Positions 58,679 through 64,000 of a stretch of DNA of 64,000 nucleotides are shown here, piece after piece; the first letter of the stretch is position 1, and each line of letters begins with the position of its first letter. The notes beneath the pieces were generated by a model. It was not told where the DNA came from and searched no databases. It saw only the letters and a program-made list of their open reading frames with translations. Where the stretch lies: NCBI GenBank assembly GCA_003327425.1, contig QOQW01000007.1:71901-135900 (forward strand), given 5' to 3'. The translations under genes were made by a program, and so were the position numbers. Source of the stretch: Candidatus Ozemobacter sibiricus (lineage in GTDB: Bacteria; Muiribacteriota; Ozemobacteria; Ozemobacterales; Ozemobacteraceae).

Positions 58679-61600
58679 CTCAGTACCGCGATCTTGTGGG
58701 TCTGCCGGATCCGGCGTTCCGGGTTGTCAGGATCGGTCAGGACCACCTTGGCGATGTAGAGACCGTTGGCGACGGGATCGCCTTCTTCATTGGTCAAATC
58801 CCACGGGATGTCGTAGAGGAACCGACGAGAGGTGCCCCAGGTCTCGCGGACCGGGCGAACTCCGGTCAGGGTCCTGACCTTGTGCCCGGCAGCGTCATAC
58901 AGCTTCACCTCGACCAGGCCCTCGGCGAGGTCGTCGCGGTTGGCGCTGATCCGTAGAACCGCCCGGCGGTTGGCCGGATTGGGGTAGGCCGAGATCTCGC
59001 CGATGGCGAGGGGCACCGCCACGGCGAATCGGATGCCGGCAAGCTGGCCGAGGTTGCCGACGCGGTCGCGGGCTTCGAGGGTCAAGGTGTGCCGGCCGCC
59101 GGTCAGGTCGGTTACCGGGGTGAATCGGAAGGTGCCATCGGGCAGGACGGTCACCGGCTGAGGTGGTCCATCGTCCAGGCGGGCCAGCAAGCCCGTGGCA
59201 TCGAGACCAGAACCTGCTTCTTCGAGGCGTCCCGCGAACTCCGGTCGGGTGGTGCGGAACGGCTGGTCGGGGTCGACCTTCGTGGACAAGGTGAGGCGCG
59301 GGGCCAGCTGGTCGCACAGGACAGCATACAGACCGCCCTGGGTGATCGAAGCATGAAGGCCATCTTCCTGACGAGCATTGGAGAGGAAGACCCAACCCCG
59401 CTCGTCATCGTAGCGGAAGATGCCGGCTCGGGCACTGTCGCTGGCGAGGGCTGCGCCTCGGAACCTCAGAGCAGCCTTGCCCGTGAGTCGACCGGCCGGC
59501 AGCCCCAGTTCGAATCCGCCGCCCGCCGGCGACAGTTCCTGAGCTTGCTGTTCGAGGGTCCGCGCGTCGGTCTGGGCGGCCAATACCTTATTTTTGGCGA
59601 GGGCCATCCCGCCACCTTTCGGTCGCAGACTGGCCAGGCGGGGTCGGAGAGCGGCGCGGGTCGTCGATCCCACCGCTGTCAGTTCGATGGTCTGGGGCAG
59701 GATGGTGACCAGCGAGTCCTTGCGCAGGCTGCCGGCCGGGAAGTCCACGGCGAGTCGCTGATCGGGGGAGTGGATCAGGGTGCGGACGCTGGCGCTGACG
59801 TAGGCGATGGTGAAGACCTCGGAGCGGCTGCCGGTGTTGCCGGCCAGGTCGGTGCCTGACACCACGAGCGTGCCGTTGCCCGGATAGCCTTGATTCAGAT
59901 GGATCCCGGCCATCCAGGTCAGGGAAGCTCCGGTCGGCGTTATCACAAGGGCCACTTCCGACAGGTTGCTCTGGGTGTAGCGCAGCGTTGGCGCTCCCTG
60001 CAGCGCCTCGTTGGCGCGAGCCACGACGATCAGGTCATACTCATTGGCGGGATTCGAGAAGGCGGCCACCTCGAGGACGGGCGGTGTGAGGTCGCGCCCC
60101 TGGAAGGTGACCGTGTTGCCGGTACTCAGATTTTGGTAGCGGTCCCGCACCGCGATCGCTCGCACGGAATAGGTGACGCCCTGCAGAAGGTCGGTCGACG
60201 CCGACAGGATGACCGAAGTCTGGTCGGCGCGCAGGATGGCAGAGGTCAAGGCGATGGGGGTGCCGGCGCGCTCGAGCAGATAACTGGCCGTGGCCTGGGC
60301 GCTGGCCAGGGTGACCGCCTCGTCGAACTGGACGATGACCTCGCGTTGGCCGGTCAAGCCCTGGAAGGAAGTGCCAGTCAGCACTGGCCCGCGGGCATCG
60401 GCCAGCAAGGAGATCTTGTTGTTCGGGTCCACCGCGGCCGCCCCATCGGTGCTCCGGAGCGCGCTGCTGACGGTGATGGTATGAGTCACGTTGTGGATCA
60501 GGCCTGGGGTCAGGGTGAGGCGCACCACGGTTGGTGCCGTCAGCGAAGCGATGATGCCGGTCTGGCCGGTGACGTTGAAGGCGGTGCCAACGACGGTGGC
60601 GGGGTTGATGTCGTGGTTGAAGGTCAGGTCGACCACGGTGCTGGAGATCTGGGTGGCGTTCTGGATGCGGAAGGGCGAGGAGATGACGAAGATGCTGCCG
60701 CGATTGGAGGCGACATTGCGGGTGTAGTCGGTGGCATGGAAATGGTACAGGCCGTCGATGACCAGCTGCCCATTCTCGCGGGTCCCATTCCATTGGGCGA
60801 TCACGTAGGCACCAGAAGCGGTCACCGGCAAGCGGTTCACATAGGTATTCGCATCGGTCCGGACTTCCACCCACCACACGCCGGTGGCTACGATGGGTTC
60901 TGTGGTGGTCAACTGGATGGTCAAGGTCGCGGCGGTCGGCGAGAAGCGGCTGCGCGGCTGACCATCGACCAGCAGGGTGTACGTGGAGATGACCGGGGCG
61001 ACGGTGTCGAGAACGGCGGTGGCCACCGCCGAAAACGCCCCGGAGGGCAGGCCGACGTTGCCGGCCGCATCGACGATATCGACGTAGTAGATTCCGTCGG
61101 GAGCGGTAGGTTTGGGAACGCCGCCCCGGCTGTATTGGCCGTAGAAGGTGCCGCTCCATTGATTGACGCCGGCGCCGGTCATCGGGAAGGTATCGGTCGA
61201 GACCTGGCCGCGCACGCGCAGGCGAGGTGCGACCGTTTCGGCGGCGCTGAAGTAGCAGGTCAAGCCACCGCCCAGGGCCGGGTTGAAGTAATAGGCGCCC
61301 GTCCCGAGGATGCCTCCGGTCAGATTGGGAGCCGCCAGCACCAGAGGTTCGCTGGCGTCCATGGTCCAGGAGTAGGTTTCGCGGCTGGCATTGCCGAGCG
61401 CATCGATCAGTTTGACGACATAAGTGGTCGGCGCGGCCGGCCAGGGCCCCGAGGTCATGTTCCAGGCGTAGGTCGCCATGGTGCCGCCGCTGAACGCGAT
61501 GGGGCTGGAGGCGACTGGCGAGCCCGCTTGCAGGAAGACGATCGACACCGGCTCGACCGGCGGTTGGCTGACCTGGATGGTCAGGCTGGCCTCGCCCGGC

Positions 61601-64000
61601 GGGACGTTGAAGCTGAACGGCTGGTTGAGCAGGATTTCGCTGGCGTCGCTGGCGGTGGTCGACTGGAACGAACGGGCGGTGAAGGCGGTGACGATGGGGC
61701 CGCGGCTCTGGATGACGATGGCCGGGAACGGTCCGGCGACCGGGTTGCGGGCCAGATCGGTGCCGGTGAACACGGTGTTCCAGGGGCCTTGCGGGTGCAT
61801 CTCGTTGATCGGCTGGGTGTTGACGAACTGGGCCTGCGCGGGCCCGACCCACCCGACGAACCGGCAGGGGATGCTGTAGCCCGTGGTGGCGATCGTCATG
61901 GTCGGAGTCGCGGTGCGCTGGTTCATCGGCTCGCTGAAGGTCACGGTGAAGGTGGCCGCCCCCGAAGCCATGGTATAGAGCGGTGCGGCCGGCAGGCTCG
62001 TCAGCGAGAGCACGGTCGGCGCCGTGCGGTCGATCACCAGGCCGACGGCGCTGGCCACGCCGGTGGCGAAGTTGCCGGCCAGGTCGACGATCGTCAGGCC
62101 GTACAGCCCTTCCCCGAATCCGGCCGCCTGGGTGAGCGCTCGGGTCAACGTATGCCCGGTCGCGGTGGGGGTCAGGCGGATGGTCGTGGTGGCGGTGCCC
62201 GAGGCGATGAGCAGGCGCTGCGGGTCAGTGGCGGTGGTGGTGACCGTGAAGGTGATGGCGCCCGAGATGGCATCGTTGTAGTAGTAGAGGCCCGGGGTGG
62301 TGGTGGCGTCCGACACGCCGGTCAGGATGAAGCTGGTGACATCCGCGGGCAGATTGTCGAACACCAGAGATTTCGCGGTGGCGCTGATGTTGCCATGGAT
62401 ATCCTGGATGCGGGCGGTATAGGTAGTGAGGTTCAGGAAGGCCGGTGATCCGAAGACGCTGCCATCCAGCGTGGCGCTGCCCAGAACCCCAGCCATGGCC
62501 ACCGGCGCCGTGCCGACGTTGGTGCCGCTCGGATCATAGATCAGCACCTGATGCGGCGGACCGAACGGACCGCCCAGCGTATAGGTGATGCTCAAGGTGG
62601 CCACGTTGGGCGGCGCCAGGTCGCTGAAGGGTTGATCGAGCAAGGGGGTGAAGGTCGAGATCAGGTGCTGCTGCGTGAGCAGGGCGGCCAGGTAGGTCGG
62701 CCCGACCGACCGGATCTGGATGGTGAAGGAGGTCGGGCCCGGCGGGATGAGCCGGTTGCCAGCCAGATCGTCGGCGCCTCCGATGGTGATGGTATAGGTG
62801 CCCTGCGGAACGGTGGTGTCGATGACCGCGGCATTGCGGAACTGGGCCGAGGTCGAGCTGATCCACCCCACCAGCTCGAGCGGGATGCTGGCGGTCGGGG
62901 TGGTGCGATGGATCAACCGTCCGAAGGGGATTTCCGAGGTATCCATCGGTTCGCTGAAATCGACGGTGAAGATCCGGCCGCCCACGGGGGCCGGACCGAT
63001 GTCGAGCACGCCGGCCTGCAGCGAAGGATTGATCATGGTCACGGTCGGCGAGGCCCGGTCGACTCGCAGCATCAAGGTGCCGGTGGCGCCGCAGGAGTTG
63101 CCGGCGAGGTCGTAGAAAGAGAGCTGGTACAGACCGTCGGTCAACGTGGTTCCGGTCGACAAAGCATACGGCGGCGTCAAGATGGTGCCATTGCTGAGGA
63201 TGGTGCCGCCGCTGCTGGCGACCAGGCGCAGCGGTTCGGTCGCGGTCGGATTGGTCGTGAGCGAGAGGGTGAACGGCCCGAACCGCGGGGAATAGTACTG
63301 GACCCCGCCGGTGGCGATGCCATGGCCGGCCGTGGTGAAGACGATCTGGCTGATGGTGGCCGGGCGGCTGTCGTAGGTCAGGGTGCCGCGGGAGGTATCG
63401 GAAAGATTTCCATACTGGTCGCGGATCCAGATGGTGAATGTCGCCGGTCCGGCGTTGGGGGGGATGATGGCGAGCCAGTTGGCGCTATCGGTCGAGACCT
63501 CGACCGTGGCCGGTCCGGCGGGGCAATCATAGAGGAAGGTGGCGACCGGAATCGATCCGTTGAACAAGAGCAAGGAGTGGGTGCCCACGGCTTGCGAGGT
63601 CGTGTAGGTGATGACGAAGGTGGCCACCCCGGGCGGCTGGACGAGCGGACTGAAGGGATCGGTCGAGCGCAGGGCGCTGCCGAACACCAGCGGCTGGTTG
63701 GTCAACGTCACCACCGTGGGGGTCGGGCCGGCCGTCTGGATATAGAGCTGCCCAGGGGCGGGGATGGTGGTATTGAGCGGGTTGCCTGCCAGGTCGCGAC
63801 CGCCGGTCAAGCGGTAGGTATAGGTTCCCGTCGGAATGGTCGGTCGGACGATCGGGGTCAGGTTGAGGAAGCGGGCGGTGGTGGCGATATTGGGATCGGC
63901 CCAGGTGGGCGAGGCCATGGCCACGACGGTCGCGCCAGCGAACAATTCAAGGGTGGGAGGAGCGGCGCGATCCAGGGGTTCGCTGAAGATGACGGTGAAC
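58675..64000 (-). CDS. Second giant Big_5/Ig-repeat surface protein with T9SS type-A C-terminal domain (5' end beyond window)
   Basis: The reading frame stays open up to the window edge. It has repeated FSEPM(D/N), D.AGN and Ig-like modules. Its last ~700 aa are collinear with giant-1 (FSNPANEYD…). The CTD (YPNPANRRAVLRIS…KLYDAAGHKVRTL…WDLTNEEGDPVANGLYIAKV…KIAVLR) matches the Por secretion-tail consensus. Confidence 0.8.

Overview
A 64 kb, ~68% GC bacterial chromosomal segment with tightly packed, largely operonic genes. No rRNA, tRNA, CRISPR array or mobile element was found; both strands carry many spurious antisense ORFs typical of high-GC DNA. Four blocks are recognisable. (1) 1-3 kb: an OmpH-like gene followed by three overlapping minor-pilin/pseudopilin genes. 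(2) 4-31 kb: housekeeping, envelope and signalling genes (kdsD/kpsF, a gingipain-like C25 peptidase, GH13 amylase, NtrC-type two-component pair, phosphodiester glycosidase, SpoIVB-like S55 peptidase, mlaE-mlaF-mlaD, ansA, punA, prfA, an RcnA-like Ni/Co transporter, prmC, tsaC, an MCP). (3) 31.8-36 kb: rlmN, a stand-alone PASTA protein, a Ser/Thr kinase homologue lacking its catalytic aspartates, and rpe; synteny as in Firmicutes. (4) 36-64 kb, minus strand: a type IV pilus block (pilD, a large polytopic membrane protein, pilA with a near-consensus sigma70-like promoter, pilT, pilB, aroE, STAS), then a PorV/UPF0164-like outer-membrane barrel and two tandem modules, each a giant (>3000 aa) Big_5/Ig-repeat surface protein with a T9SS type-A C-terminal sorting domain followed by a paralogous small TPR-like lipoprotein carrying a Gly/(Gly-Thr)n linker. 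The second giant gene runs off the window. The most novel-looking system is the repeated 'giant CTD cargo + cognate TPR lipoprotein' unit next to a PorV-like gene, in a high-GC genome that also has canonical type IV pili, which suggests a T9SS-like secretion/adhesin system outside classical Bacteroidetes. Product calls rest on motifs read from the ORF translations; no database search was run.
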